From contig NZ_LN831024.1 of the NCBI RefSeq assembly GCF_001457615.1, positions 2,940,001-2,972,000 of the forward strand: a stretch of DNA of 32,000 bases, in the 5' to 3' direction. The translations under genes were made by a program, and so were the position numbers. Every line of letters starts with the position of its first letter. Position 1 is the stretch's first letter. This DNA comes from Pseudomonas aeruginosa (GTDB lineage: Bacteria; Pseudomonadota; Gammaproteobacteria; Pseudomonadales; Pseudomonadaceae). Shown piece by piece: positions 23,985-32,000 of the stretch. The notes beneath the pieces are model-generated. The model was not told where the DNA came from, did no database searches, and saw only the letters and a program-made list of their open reading frames with translations.

Positions 23985-24145
23985 CTTTACTTGCAAAGAC
24001 CTTATCATTCGCAAATTAACCATTGTTCTGCTTGGCTCAGATCATGAGTCCTCTTCATAAACCCTTGCTCCTTGCAAGGTTATCGAGGAAGTAGAGCGGT
24101 CGCTGCGTGCGGCCAGTCGATCATTCGCAACGAGGAAGCGTTCGC

Positions 24146-25504
24146 GTGAAATCCCATCTTCTCCGCCCGGCCCTGCGCCCCGTGGCCGGCGGCCTATTGT
24201 CCGCCTCCCTGCTGTGCAACGCGGTGCACGCCGCCGAGGCGTTCTCGCCGAACTCGAAATGGATGCTCGGCGACTGGGGCGGCAAGCGCACCGAGCTGCT
24301 GGAGAAGGGCTACGACTTCAAGCTGGAGTACGTCGGCGAGGCGGCGGCCAACCTCGATGGCGGCTATGACGACGACAAGACCGGACGCTATACCGACCAG
24401 TTCGCCCTGGGCGTGCACATGGATCTGGAGAAGATCCTCGGCTGGAAGGCTACCGAGTTCCAGTTCACCGTCACCGAGCGCAACGGCAAGAACCTTTCCA
24501 ACGACCGCATCGGCGACCCGCGTGCCGGGCACATCAGCTCGGTGCAGGAGGTCTGGGGCCGCGGGCAGACCTGGCGGCTGACCCAGCTGTGGCTCAAGCA
24601 GCAGTACTTCGACGGCGCGCTGGACGTGAAATTCGGCCGTTTCGGCGAGGGCGAGGACTTCAACAGCTTCCCCTGCGATTTCCAGAACCTGGCCTTCTGC
24701 GGCTCGCAGGTGGGCAACTGGGCGGGGAGCATCTGGTACAACTGGCCGGTCAGCCAGTGGGCGTTGCGGGTGAAGTACAACTTCGCGCCGGACTGGTACG
24801 TGCAGGTCGGCGCCTACGAGCAGAACCCGTCGAACCTGGAGACCGGCAACGGCTTCAAGATGAGCGGCAGCGGGACCAAGGGCGCGTTGCTGCCGGTGGA
24901 GCTGATCTGGCAGCCGAAGGTCGGCGCCGAGCAACTGCCGGGCGAGTACCGGCTGGGCTACTACTACAGCACGGCGAAGGCCGATGACGTCTACGACGAC
25001 GTCGACGGCCAGCCGCAGGGGCTGACCGGCAACGACTTCAAGTCGCGCGGCAGCAAGCATGGCTGGTGGGTGGTGGCGCAGCAGCAGGTCACTTCGCACA
25101 ACGGCGATGCCTCGCGCGGGTTGAGCCTGTTCGCCAACCTGACGGTCCACGACAAGGCGACCAACGTGGTGGACAACTACCAGCAGCTCGGGGTGGTCTA
25201 CAAGGGGCCGTTCGACGCGCGGCCGAAGGACGACATCGGCCTGGGCATCGCGCGCATCCATGTCAACGACGATGTGAAGAAGCGCCAGCGCCTGGTGAAC
25301 CAGGTGAACGGCATCGACGACTACGACAACCCGCTGTACCAGCCGCTGCAGGACACCGAGTACAACGCCGAGCTGTACTACGGGGTGCATGTGACCGACT
25401 GGCTGACGGTGCGGCCGAACCTGCAATACATCAAGCAGCCGGGCGGGGTCGACGAGGTCGACAACGCGCTGGTGGCGGGGATCAAGATCCAGACGGTGTT
25501 CTAG
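24146..25504 (+). CDS. opbA: OprB-family carbohydrate-selective porin
   Basis: Signal peptide ending AVHA/AEA. OprB-family N-terminus LGDWGGKRTELLEKGYDFKLEYVGEAAANLDGGY and C-terminal …GIKIQTVF. GTG 24146 with RBS GAGGAAG (24132-24138) is preferred over GTG 24107. Confidence 0.88.
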   Translation: MKSHLLRPALRPVAGGLLSASLLCNAVHAAEAFSPNSKWMLGDWGGKRTELLEKGYDFKLEYVGEAAANLDGGYDDDKTGRYTDQFALGVHMDLEKILGWKATEFQFTVTERNGKNLSNDRIGDPRAGHISSVQEVWGRGQTWRLTQLWLKQQYFDGALDVKFGRFGEGEDFNSFPCDFQNLAFCGSQVGNWAGSIWYNWPVSQWALRVKYNFAPDWYVQVGAYEQNPSNLETGNGFKMSGSGTKGALLPVELIWQPKVGAEQLPGEYRLGYYYSTAKADDVYDDVDGQPQGLTGNDFKSRGSKHGWWVVAQQQVTSHNGDASRGLSLFANLTVHDKATNVVDNYQQLGVVYKGPFDARPKDDIGLGIARIHVNDDVKKRQRLVNQVNGIDDYDNPLYQPLQDTEYNAELYYGVHVTDWLTVRPNLQYIKQPGGVDEVDNALVAGIKIQTVF

Positions 25505-25657
25505 GCTGTTGCTTCGGACAACCGCGATTCGGTCATGGCCAGCGGCCATTTCTTCAGCGCCGCCCAACGCGGCGCGGCGGGCTGAACAGCCCGGCGTGCA
25601 GAACGTAATAGGAGAGTAAGCAATGCCTGTCATCAACCCCGAAGGGAGTACCGGACG

Positions 25658-28069
25658 ATGAGCGAAGGTAACCGCAGTCGATCGCGCCTGCTGCCGAGCC
25701 TGCTCGGCCTGTTGATCCTGCTGTCCGGCCTGGCGCTGCTGGCCGGCGGCATCAAGCTGGCGAGCCTGGGCGGCTCGCTGTACTACCTGCTGGCCGGCAT
25801 CGGCCTGGCCCTGAGCGGACTGTTGCTGCTGCTGGGCAAGCGTGCGGCGCTAGGCCTGTACGCTCTGGTGCTGTTCGCCAGCACCGTCTGGGCGCTGTGG
25901 GAAGTCGGCCTGGACTGGTGGCAACTGGTGCCGCGCCTGGCTCTGTGGTTCGTCTTCGGCCTGCTGCTCTGGCTACCCTGGTTCCGCCGCCCGCTGCTGG
26001 CCGACGGTCCGGCGCCGCTGGGCACCGCGGCGCTGGGCGTGGCGGTGGTCCTGGCCGGCGCCGCCGCGGTGGGCAGCCAGTTCACCAATCCGGGGCAGAT
26101 CGTCGGTCGCATCGACCGCGACAGCGGCATGACCAGCACCGCCCCGGCGATGCCGGACGGCGACTGGCAGGCCTACGGGCGCACCGAGTTCGGCGACCGC
26201 TACTCGCCGTTGAAGCAGATCACCCCGGCCAACGTCGGCCAGCTCGAGGAAGCCTGGCGCATACGTACCGGCGACCTGCCGACCGCCGACGATCCGCTCG
26301 AACTGACCAACGAGAACACCCCGCTGAAGGTCAACGGCATGCTCTACGCCTGCACCGCGCACAGCAAGGTGCTGGCCCTCGACCCGGACACCGGCGCGGA
26401 AATCTGGCGCTTCGATCCGCAGATCCAGAGCCCGGTAGGCTTCAAGGGCTTCGCCCACATGACTTGCCGTGGCGTCTCCTACTACGACGAAGAGCAGTAC
26501 GCCAGGAGCGACGTCGGCGCGCCGCCGGCCGCGCTCTCCGAGGCCGGCAAGGCGGTCGCCGCCAGTTGTCCGCGGCGCCTGTTCCTGCCCACCGCCGACG
26601 CCCGCCTGATCGCGATCAACGCCGACAACGGCAAGGTCTGCGAGGACTTCGGGGTCAAGGGCGCGGTCGACCTGACGGCCGGCATCGGTCCGTTCACCCC
26701 GGGCGGCTACTACTCCACCTCGCCGGCGGCGGTCACCCGCAATCTGGTGATCATCGGCGGCCACGTCACCGACAACGAGTCGACCAACGAGCCGTCCGGG
26801 GTGATCCGCGCCTTCGACGTGCACGACGGCAAGCTGGTGTGGAACTGGGACAGCGGCAACCCGGACGAGACCGAGCCCCTGGCTCCCGGCAAGTTCTATA
26901 CCCGCAACTCGCCGAACATGTGGTCGCTGGCCAGCGTCGACGAGAAGCTCGGCCAGGTCTACCTGCCGCTGGGCAACCAGATGCCCGACCAGTGGGGCGG
27001 CAACCGCACCCCCGGTGCCGAGAAGTTCAGCGCCGGCCTGGTGGCCCTCGACCTGAACACCGGCAAGCTGCGCTGGAACTACCAGTTCACCCACCACGAC
27101 CTGTGGGACATGGACGTCGGCAGCCAGCCGACCCTGCTCGACCTGAAGACCGCCGATGGCGTCAAGCCGGCGCTGATCGCGCCGACCAAGCAGGGCAGCC
27201 TGTACGTGCTGGACCGCCGCGACGGCACGCCGATCGTGCCGATCCGCGAAGTGCCGGCGCCGCAGGGCGCGGTGGAGGGCGACCATACCGCGCCGACCCA
27301 GGCGCGTTCCGACCTCAACCTGCTGCGCCCGCCGCTGACCGAGCGCGACATGTGGGGCAGCAGCCCGTTCGACCAGATGCTCTGCCGCATCCAGTTCCGC
27401 TCGCTGCGCTACGAGGGCCAGTACACCCCGCCGTCGGAGCAGGGCAGCCTGATCTATCCGGGCAACGTCGGAGTGTTCAACTGGGGCGGGGTGTCGGTCG
27501 ACCCGGTGCGCCAGATCCTCTTCACCAGCCCCAACTACATGGCCTTCGTCTCGCAGATGGTGCCGCGCGACAAGGTGCCCAGCGGAAGCAAGCGCGAGGG
27601 CGAGACCAGCGGCGTGCAGCCGAACACCGGCGCGCCCTACGCGGTGATCATGCATCCGTTCATGTCGCCCATCGGCCTGCCGTGCCAGGCGCCGTCCTGG
27701 GGTGACGTGGCGGGTATCGACCTGACCACCGCCAAGGTCGTCTGGCAGCACAAGAACGGCACCAGCCGCGACAACACCCCGGTGCCGATCGGCCTCACCG
27801 TCGGCGTACCGAGCATGGGCGGCTCGATCACCACCGCCGGCGGCGTGGCCTTCCTCAGCGGCACGCTCGACCAGTACCTGCGCGCCTACGACGTGAAGGA
27901 CGGCAAGCAGCTCTGGCAGGCGCGCCTGCCGGCCGGCGGCCAGGCCACGCCGATGAGCTACACCGGCAAGGACGGTCGCCAGTACGTGCTGATCGTCGCT
28001 GGCGGACACGGCTCCTTCGGTACCCGCATGGGCGACTACATCATCGCCTACGCCCTGCCCAGGCAATGA
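25658..28069 (+). CDS. gcd: Membrane-bound PQQ-dependent (quinoprotein) glucose dehydrogenase
   Basis: 803 aa with five N-terminal TM helices followed by a PQQ beta-propeller. Recurrent W/G propeller motifs, e.g. GDRYSPLKQI, HHDLWDMD and LRAYDVKDGKQLWQARLPAGGQATPMSY. Confidence 0.95.
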   Translation: MSEGNRSRSRLLPSLLGLLILLSGLALLAGGIKLASLGGSLYYLLAGIGLALSGLLLLLGKRAALGLYALVLFASTVWALWEVGLDWWQLVPRLALWFVFGLLLWLPWFRRPLLADGPAPLGTAALGVAVVLAGAAAVGSQFTNPGQIVGRIDRDSGMTSTAPAMPDGDWQAYGRTEFGDRYSPLKQITPANVGQLEEAWRIRTGDLPTADDPLELTNENTPLKVNGMLYACTAHSKVLALDPDTGAEIWRFDPQIQSPVGFKGFAHMTCRGVSYYDEEQYARSDVGAPPAALSEAGKAVAASCPRRLFLPTADARLIAINADNGKVCEDFGVKGAVDLTAGIGPFTPGGYYSTSPAAVTRNLVIIGGHVTDNESTNEPSGVIRAFDVHDGKLVWNWDSGNPDETEPLAPGKFYTRNSPNMWSLASVDEKLGQVYLPLGNQMPDQWGGNRTPGAEKFSAGLVALDLNTGKLRWNYQFTHHDLWDMDVGSQPTLLDLKTADGVKPALIAPTKQGSLYVLDRRDGTPIVPIREVPAPQGAVEGDHTAPTQARSDLNLLRPPLTERDMWGSSPFDQMLCRIQFRSLRYEGQYTPPSEQGSLIYPGNVGVFNWGGVSVDPVRQILFTSPNYMAFVSQMVPRDKVPSGSKREGETSGVQPNTGAPYAVIMHPFMSPIGLPCQAPSWGDVAGIDLTTAKVVWQHKNGTSRDNTPVPIGLTVGVPSMGGSITTAGGVAFLSGTLDQYLRAYDVKDGKQLWQARLPAGGQATPMSYTGKDGRQYVLIVAGGHGSFGTRMGDYIIAYALPRQ

Positions 28070-28077
28070 CCCGCCCA

Positions 28078-28170
28078 CCGGGAGCCCACAGCCGGCTCCC
28101 GGCCTTCCGGGCCTCGGCCCGGAAGGGGCTTTGCCAAGGGGAGGCGCGTTCCCGCCCTTGGCAAAGCCCC
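28078..28170 (+). terminator. Three consecutive GC-rich hairpins after gcd (terminator and/or leader structure)
   Basis: - H1: CCGGGAGCC (28078-28086) pairs with GGCTCCCGG (28094-28102).
- H2: CCTTCCGGGC (28103-28112) pairs with GCCCGGAAGG (28117-28126).
- H3: a perfect 16-bp stem, GGGGCTTTGCCAAGGG (28125-28140) with CCCTTGGCAAAGCCCC (28155-28170), around a 14-nt loop. Confidence 0.5.
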
Positions 28171-28200
28171 TTCGATACCTTGCGACCCGCGGAACCCTGC

Positions 28201-30321
28201 ATGCCGTCCCGACCCCGACCCAGCTTCGTCTCCCACCTGTTGCCCGGCTCCCTGGCGCTCTGCGGCCTGGCCATCGCCTGCGCCGTCCAGGGCGAGGAGC
28301 GACGCAGCCTCGAACCCATGGTGGTGACCGGCAGCTACAACCCCAGCGACACCTTCGACCTGCCGTTCTCGGTGGATAGCATCGAGCGTCGGCAGATCGC
28401 CGACGGCCAGCTCGGCATCAACCTCTCCGAAGTCCTGCCGCGGGTACCTGGCCTGGTGGTGCAGAACCGCCAGAACTACGCTCAGGACCTGCAAATCTCC
28501 TCGCGCGGCTACGGCGCCCGCTCGGCCTTCGGTATCCGCGGGCTGAAGCTGCTCGCCGACGGCATCCCGGCCAGTACGCCGGATGGCCAGGGCCAGGCCG
28601 CGACCCTCAACCTCGACGTCGCCGAGCGCATCGAGGTACTGCGCGGGCCGGCCTCGACGATCTACGGCAGCAACGCCGGCGGGGTGATCCAGATGTTCTC
28701 CCGCGACGGCCAGGGCGCCCCGCGGGTCGGCGCGGAAACCTCCGTCGGCAGCGATGGCCTGAGCCGCAACCACCTGTACACGGAAGGCGAGGGCGACGGG
28801 GTCGGTTTCCTGGTGGATGCCTCGCGGATGGACACCGACGGCTACCGCGACCACAGCGCCGCGCGCCGCGACCAGACCTTCGCCAAGCTGAACTTCAGGC
28901 CCGACGCCGACAGCCGCGTGGCGCTGATCTACAGCAGCCTGGAACAGAACGACACTGAAGATCCGCTGGGGCAGACCTGGGACGCCTACAAGCACGACCC
29001 GCGCTCCGTCACCGCCAACGCCGAGCTGTACGACACGCGCAAGAGCATCGACCACCAGCAGGCCGGGATGAACTACGAGCGCTACTTCGGCGAGGCGACC
29101 TTGCAGGTCAACGCCTACGTGGGCAAGCGCAGTGTCGTGCAGTATCTGTCGATCCCCAGGGGGGTGGCCTCCAACAGTCAGCGTGGCGGCGGCGTGGTGG
29201 ACTTCGACCGCGACTTCCACGGTGGCACCGTGCGCTGGCTGCAACCGGTACGCCAGGCGCCGGGCGTGCTGAACCTGACCGTCGGCCTCGACTACGACCA
29301 GAGCCGCGACGACCGTCGCGGCTACCAGAACTTCAACGGCGACCAGCTCGGCGTGAAGGGCGAGTTGCGCCGCGACGAGGTGGACACCGCCACCAGCCTC
29401 GATCCCTACCTGCAGGCGAGCTGGGCCATCGACGCCTGGACCCTGCAGGCCGGGGTGCGCCACAGCACCATGAAGATGGAGGTCGACGACCGCTACCTGA
29501 GCAACGGCGATGCCAGCGGCTCGCGGCGCTACCGGAAGAACACCCCGTCGTTCTCGGTGATGTACGCCTTCACCCCCGACCTGCACGGCTACCTCAGCGC
29601 CGGCAAGGGCTTCGAGACTCCGACCCAGGCGGAGATGGCCTATGCGCCGGTGGCGGCGAACGCGCCGGACGTCTTCAACTTCGGCCTCAAGCCAGCCACC
29701 AGCAGCCAGTACGAAGCCGGGCTGAAGGCGCGCCTGTGGGGCAATACGCGGGTCAACGCGGCGATCTTCCAGATCCGCACCGAGGACGAGATCGTCGTCG
29801 CCAGCTCCCTCGGCGGTCGCACCAGCTACCAGAACGCCGGCAAGACCCTGCGTCGCGGCTTCGAACTGGGCCTGGAGAGCGAACTGAGCGAGCACTGGAA
29901 CGCCAACCTGGCCTATACCCGGCTATCCGCCACCTACGATTCGGATTTCGAGGCCGGCGGCAAGACCATCGGCAAGGGCAAGCACCTGCCGGGCGTGCCG
30001 GAAAGCAGCCTGTTCGGCGAACTGGTGTGGAAGCCCGCGGAGGGCATCAGCATGGGCTGGGAAGGCATGTACCGCAGCCAGGTCTACGTCGAGGACAGCA
30101 ACAGCGAAAAGGCCGCGCCGAGCTATGCGGTATTCAACTGGCGCACCCGCTTCGAGCAGCGCCTGGGAGCCTGGGCCTTCCACCAGCTGGTGCGCCTGGA
30201 CAACCTGTTCGACCGCCAGTACGTCGGCTCGGTCATCGTCGGCGACGGCAACCGGCGTTACTACGAAGCGGCCCCCGGGCTGTCCTGGTACGCGGGAGCC
30301 GGGGTCGAATACCAATTCTGA
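28201..30321 (+). CDS. TonB-dependent outer-membrane receptor
   Basis: Signal peptide, a TonB-box-like LEPMVVTGS and plug motifs (IEVLRGPASTIYGSNAGGVIQMFS). Beta-barrel with terminal …GAGVEYQF. ATG 28201 is preferred over ORF-track start 28066, which overlaps gcd and the hairpins. Confidence 0.9.
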   Translation: MPSRPRPSFVSHLLPGSLALCGLAIACAVQGEERRSLEPMVVTGSYNPSDTFDLPFSVDSIERRQIADGQLGINLSEVLPRVPGLVVQNRQNYAQDLQISSRGYGARSAFGIRGLKLLADGIPASTPDGQGQAATLNLDVAERIEVLRGPASTIYGSNAGGVIQMFSRDGQGAPRVGAETSVGSDGLSRNHLYTEGEGDGVGFLVDASRMDTDGYRDHSAARRDQTFAKLNFRPDADSRVALIYSSLEQNDTEDPLGQTWDAYKHDPRSVTANAELYDTRKSIDHQQAGMNYERYFGEATLQVNAYVGKRSVVQYLSIPRGVASNSQRGGGVVDFDRDFHGGTVRWLQPVRQAPGVLNLTVGLDYDQSRDDRRGYQNFNGDQLGVKGELRRDEVDTATSLDPYLQASWAIDAWTLQAGVRHSTMKMEVDDRYLSNGDASGSRRYRKNTPSFSVMYAFTPDLHGYLSAGKGFETPTQAEMAYAPVAANAPDVFNFGLKPATSSQYEAGLKARLWGNTRVNAAIFQIRTEDEIVVASSLGGRTSYQNAGKTLRRGFELGLESELSEHWNANLAYTRLSATYDSDFEAGGKTIGKGKHLPGVPESSLFGELVWKPAEGISMGWEGMYRSQVYVEDSNSEKAAPSYAVFNWRTRFEQRLGAWAFHQLVRLDNLFDRQYVGSVIVGDGNRRYYEAAPGLSWYAGAGVEYQF

Positions 30322-30384
30322 AGTGCCGGATGCGCTTGTTCGCGCTACCCGGCCAGCCCTTGTCAGCGTCGTCAATTCCGATTA

Positions 30385-30400
30385 CTGTATGGATGTACAG
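30385..30400. promoter_or_regulatory. LexA SOS box CTGTATGGATGTACAG
   Basis: Canonical gamma-proteobacterial CTGT-N8-ACAG box, 42 bp upstream of the ATG at 30442. A -35-like TTGTCA (30360-30365) lies 17 nt before TACTGT (30383-30388), which overlaps the box. Confidence 0.75.
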
Positions 30401-30441
30401 TAATCGGAAATCGCCTGCCTGCGCGACAAGGAGCACCGATC

Positions 30442-30729
30442 ATGAGCCACAACCTTGCCGAACTGCCGCTGTCCCGACGCCGCGCCCTGGAGCGCGAGAA
30501 ACAGGCCTGCCTGCGCCTCCACCTGTCCCGCAATCGTGCCAGCGAACGCCTGGAGCGCGCCGTGCGCGACGAAGTCGAGCGCCTGCTGGGTGCCCGCGAA
30601 CGCCAGGGGGCCGGCTGGCCGGAGTGGGTCAGCGCGGAGCTCTGCGTGGCGGACGACCCGCTCTTCGTGCGCAAGGTGGTGGCGCGCCTGAAAGCCGCGG
30701 TGGACTGGCAACGCCAGCGCGCAGCCTGA
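30442..30729 (+). CDS. Small (95 aa) Arg/Glu-rich hypothetical protein, probable SOS-regulon member
   Basis: Strong RBS AAGGAG (30429-30434), an SOS box upstream and a helical-looking sequence (RRRALEREKQACLRLHLSRNRASERLERAVRDEVERLL). No recognisable catalytic motif. Confidence 0.7.
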   Translation: MSHNLAELPLSRRRALEREKQACLRLHLSRNRASERLERAVRDEVERLLGARERQGAGWPEWVSAELCVADDPLFVRKVVARLKAAVDWQRQRAA

Positions 30730-30741
30730 GCGTTGCTCGCT

Positions 30742-31377
30742 TCAGGCCCCGCTGCCGTCGCTCCCGGGCGCGCGATGATGTTGCAGGGCGCGCTGGCGAT
30801 GGCCGGCGAGGATGTACCGGTAGATCAGTCGTGCGAGTGGCTCCAGCTCCATTTTCTGGCCGTTCAGCGCGGCGCCGCACAGCGCCAGCTTGACCCGCTT
30901 GCCGCCGGCCACCGCGCGGGCTTCGGGGCGGGCGAAAGCCCGCGGGTCGAAACGGGCATGGCTGTCGAAGCGCGGTGCCGTGCAATCGAAGGTGGTCGCG
31001 AAGGTGAGTTCCAGCCAGCGCCCGCGCTCGATCTCCAGCGACTGGAAGGTGTACATCGGCACCTGCGGCGCGTTGGCGAAGGCGATGCTCTCCGGCGTCA
31101 GGGTGAGCGCGACCTGGCCGTGGCGCCGGTAGAGGAACACGCCCGCCAGGCAGGCGTACAGGCCGCCGCCCAGCAGCAGCGCGGCTGGCAGCCAGAACAG
31201 CCATTGGCCACTGGCCAGGCGCCAGGCGTTGGGCAGCGAAGCGAGCCAGAGACCGGTGGCGCCAGCCACCAGGCCAGCGAGCAGGGCAACGCAGGCGGTG
31301 CCCCGCGAGACCTCGCGGATCTCGCAGCGGGCTTCCAGCGGCGGCAGTTCGTCGAGGGTTTCGTCAGTTTCTTGCAT
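30742..31377 (-). CDS. Hypothetical membrane protein (2 TM helices plus a C-terminal soluble domain)
   Basis: TM segments ACVALLAGLVAGATGLWLASL and WLFWLPAALLLGGGLYACLAGVFLY. The start is either ATG 31377 or GTG 31389, and both overlap the upstream gene's 3' end. Confidence 0.6.
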   Translation of the reverse strand: MQETDETLDELPPLEARCEIREVSRGTACVALLAGLVAGATGLWLASLPNAWRLASGQWLFWLPAALLLGGGLYACLAGVFLYRRHGQVALTLTPESIAFANAPQVPMYTFQSLEIERGRWLELTFATTFDCTAPRFDSHARFDPRAFARPEARAVAGGKRVKLALCGAALNGQKMELEPLARLIYRYILAGHRQRALQHHRAPGSDGSGA

Positions 31378-32000
31378 GGGGATTCTCACAGGTCTTGCCG
31401 AGCAGGTCGGCGCTGAGCGCTCGGCTCAACGCCAGGGGGGCGCCGAACCAGACGCCCAGCGCCTGGCTCGGCGGTCGTGTCGGAACGGCCCGGCCGGCGG
31501 TCCCGGCCCAGGTGCGTTCGAAGCTCTCTCCCAGCGCCGTGCAGCGCAGGCCCAGCGGAGGGTGGGTATCCTGCGGATGGACCTGGAGTCCCTCCGCCCC
31601 GGGGGCCGGTGCTTCCAGGCCGGACTGGCCCAGGTAGACGTGGATGGCGTCCACCAGGTTGTCCGGCGCGCGCGCCGGAGCGAGCAGGCAGTGTTCGAGG
31701 AACGCCCGTATCGGCGCGCCGGCCGCCGCGCTGCGCAGCAGGGCCGAGGCCATCGCCGGCGCACCGGCCAGTTGTGCGGCGCGGCGGTCGGCGGCGAATT
31801 CGCGCAGGCGGCTCCAGTGGTTCACGGCGAGGCCGAAACGTTCGAGGAAGTACCCGGCCAACAGTCGCGCCGGTTCCAGTGCCGCACGTTCGAAGACGTT
31901 GGCTTCCTGCTCCTCGATGGCGGCCAGTTGGCTCGCGGCGCCCTGGTAGATCGGCAGGAAGTGCAGGCTGTAATGGGCGTCGCGGCCGGCGAAGTGGGCC
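31364..32000 (-). CDS. M48-family (HtpX/Ste24-like) zinc metallopeptidase-like protein, 5'-truncated by the window
   Basis: The frame stays open from position 31999 (1 nt inside the window edge) down to the stop at 31364. The first in-window residues, AHFAGRD, look like the end of an HExxH motif. Downstream REFAADRRAAQLAG and DTHPPLGLR resemble M48 motifs (E..AD…; HPP….R). Confidence 0.5.
   Translation of the reverse strand, partial: AHFAGRDAHYSLHFLPIYQGAASQLAAIEEQEANVFERAALEPARLLAGYFLERFGLAVNHWSRLREFAADRRAAQLAGAPAMASALLRSAAAGAPIRAFLEHCLLAPARAPDNLVDAIHVYLGQSGLEAPAPGAEGLQVHPQDTHPPLGLRCTALGESFERTWAGTAGRAVPTRPPSQALGVWFGAPLALSRALSADLLGKTCENPHARN

Noticed and set aside
23842-24060. A 72-aa ORF in the AT-rich spacer upstream of opbA
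   Set aside because: It has no RBS and atypical codon usage, and it spans the candidate operator and promoter region, so it is more likely non-coding regulatory DNA.
5231-28200. Upstream-extended starts given by the ORF track: 5231 (ambC), 6322 (ambD), 7679 (ambE), 14055 (YbaK-like), 16935 (flavoprotein), 19272 (binding protein), 21859 (HEAT), 22890 (DUF971) and 28066 (receptor)
   Set aside because: The extensions overlap the preceding gene or a terminator and translate to low-complexity sequence. Internal ATGs with proper RBS spacing or ATGA coupling give products that begin with sensible N-termini such as signal peptides or a Rossmann motif.
28070-28200. Riboswitch or Fur/Zur box ahead of the TonB-dependent receptor
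   Set aside because: I saw no AT-rich Fur-like 19-mer or Zur palindrome, and the hairpins lack any conserved riboswitch core I recognise (e.g. cobalamin B12-box or the TPP CUGAGA motif). They are reported only as unexplained structure.
2220-29895. Other long minus-strand ORFs: 2220-3896, 4670-6556, 6427-7716, 14904-16313, 17235-19106, 19335-21908, 21619-23508, 24194-25636, 25973-28078 and 28048-29895
   Set aside because: These have the same shadow-ORF explanation. Each lies opposite a + strand gene with clear family motifs, and all have low-complexity Arg/Ala/Gly/Pro-rich translations.
1894-30893. Long out-of-frame + strand ORFs: 1894-2886, 2753-4567, 8935-11082, 12670-14436, 16935 frame upstream of 17295, 25897-27705 and 29736-30893
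   Set aside because: These are alternative frames of real genes. Their products are dominated by R, P, G and A, with no motifs and no RBS-supported starts.
1-32000. Mobile elements, integrases, CRISPR arrays, tRNA/rRNA genes, phage-defence genes
   Set aside because: I noticed no terminal inverted repeats flanking a transposase-like ORF, no regularly spaced short repeats and no cloverleaf-like or rRNA-like segments. Gene content and uniformly high GC look like ordinary chromosomal backbone rather than an island.

Overview
Very GC-rich Pseudomonas-type chromosome with almost everything coded on the + strand. From gene order and protein sequences I recognise the P. aeruginosa PAO1 region around PA2308 to PA2286, read in descending locus order; this is from memory, not a search.

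Contents in order:
- End of a sulfonate/nitrate-type ABC transporter.
- The ambABCDE cluster: LysE exporter, two NRPSs and two TauD-type oxygenases, which make the oxyvinylglycine toxin AMB.
- A free-standing YbaK-like editing-domain gene.
- Chitinase chiC.
- A tightly coupled eight-gene block of no established function: GntR/HutC regulator, AprA-like flavoprotein, AprB-like 2x[4Fe-4S] ferredoxin, NMT1-type binding protein with an extra C-terminal domain, permease, ATPase, HEAT-repeat protein and DUF971 protein.
- The OprB-family porin opbA and the PQQ glucose dehydrogenase gcd.
- A TonB-dependent receptor.
- A small gene behind a LexA SOS box.
- On the minus strand, a membrane protein overlapping an M48-like peptidase gene that is cut by the window end.

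Non-coding signals seen directly in the sequence:
- Two mutually similar lux-type boxes (CTnnCAATTGTnnTAG) upstream of ambB and chiC.
- A perfect 16-bp GntR-type palindrome over a -10 element.
- A perfect 14-bp LacI/Cra-type palindrome upstream of opbA-gcd.
- A strong terminator after ambE.
- Three back-to-back hairpins between gcd and the receptor gene.
- An SOS box embedded in a 34-bp palindrome.

I found no tRNA, rRNA, CRISPR array or IS/transposon signature. The best candidate for an undescribed system is the AprAB-like flavoprotein/ferredoxin plus ABC importer plus HEAT/DUF971 operon at 16549-23804. The amb cluster is interesting but already described.
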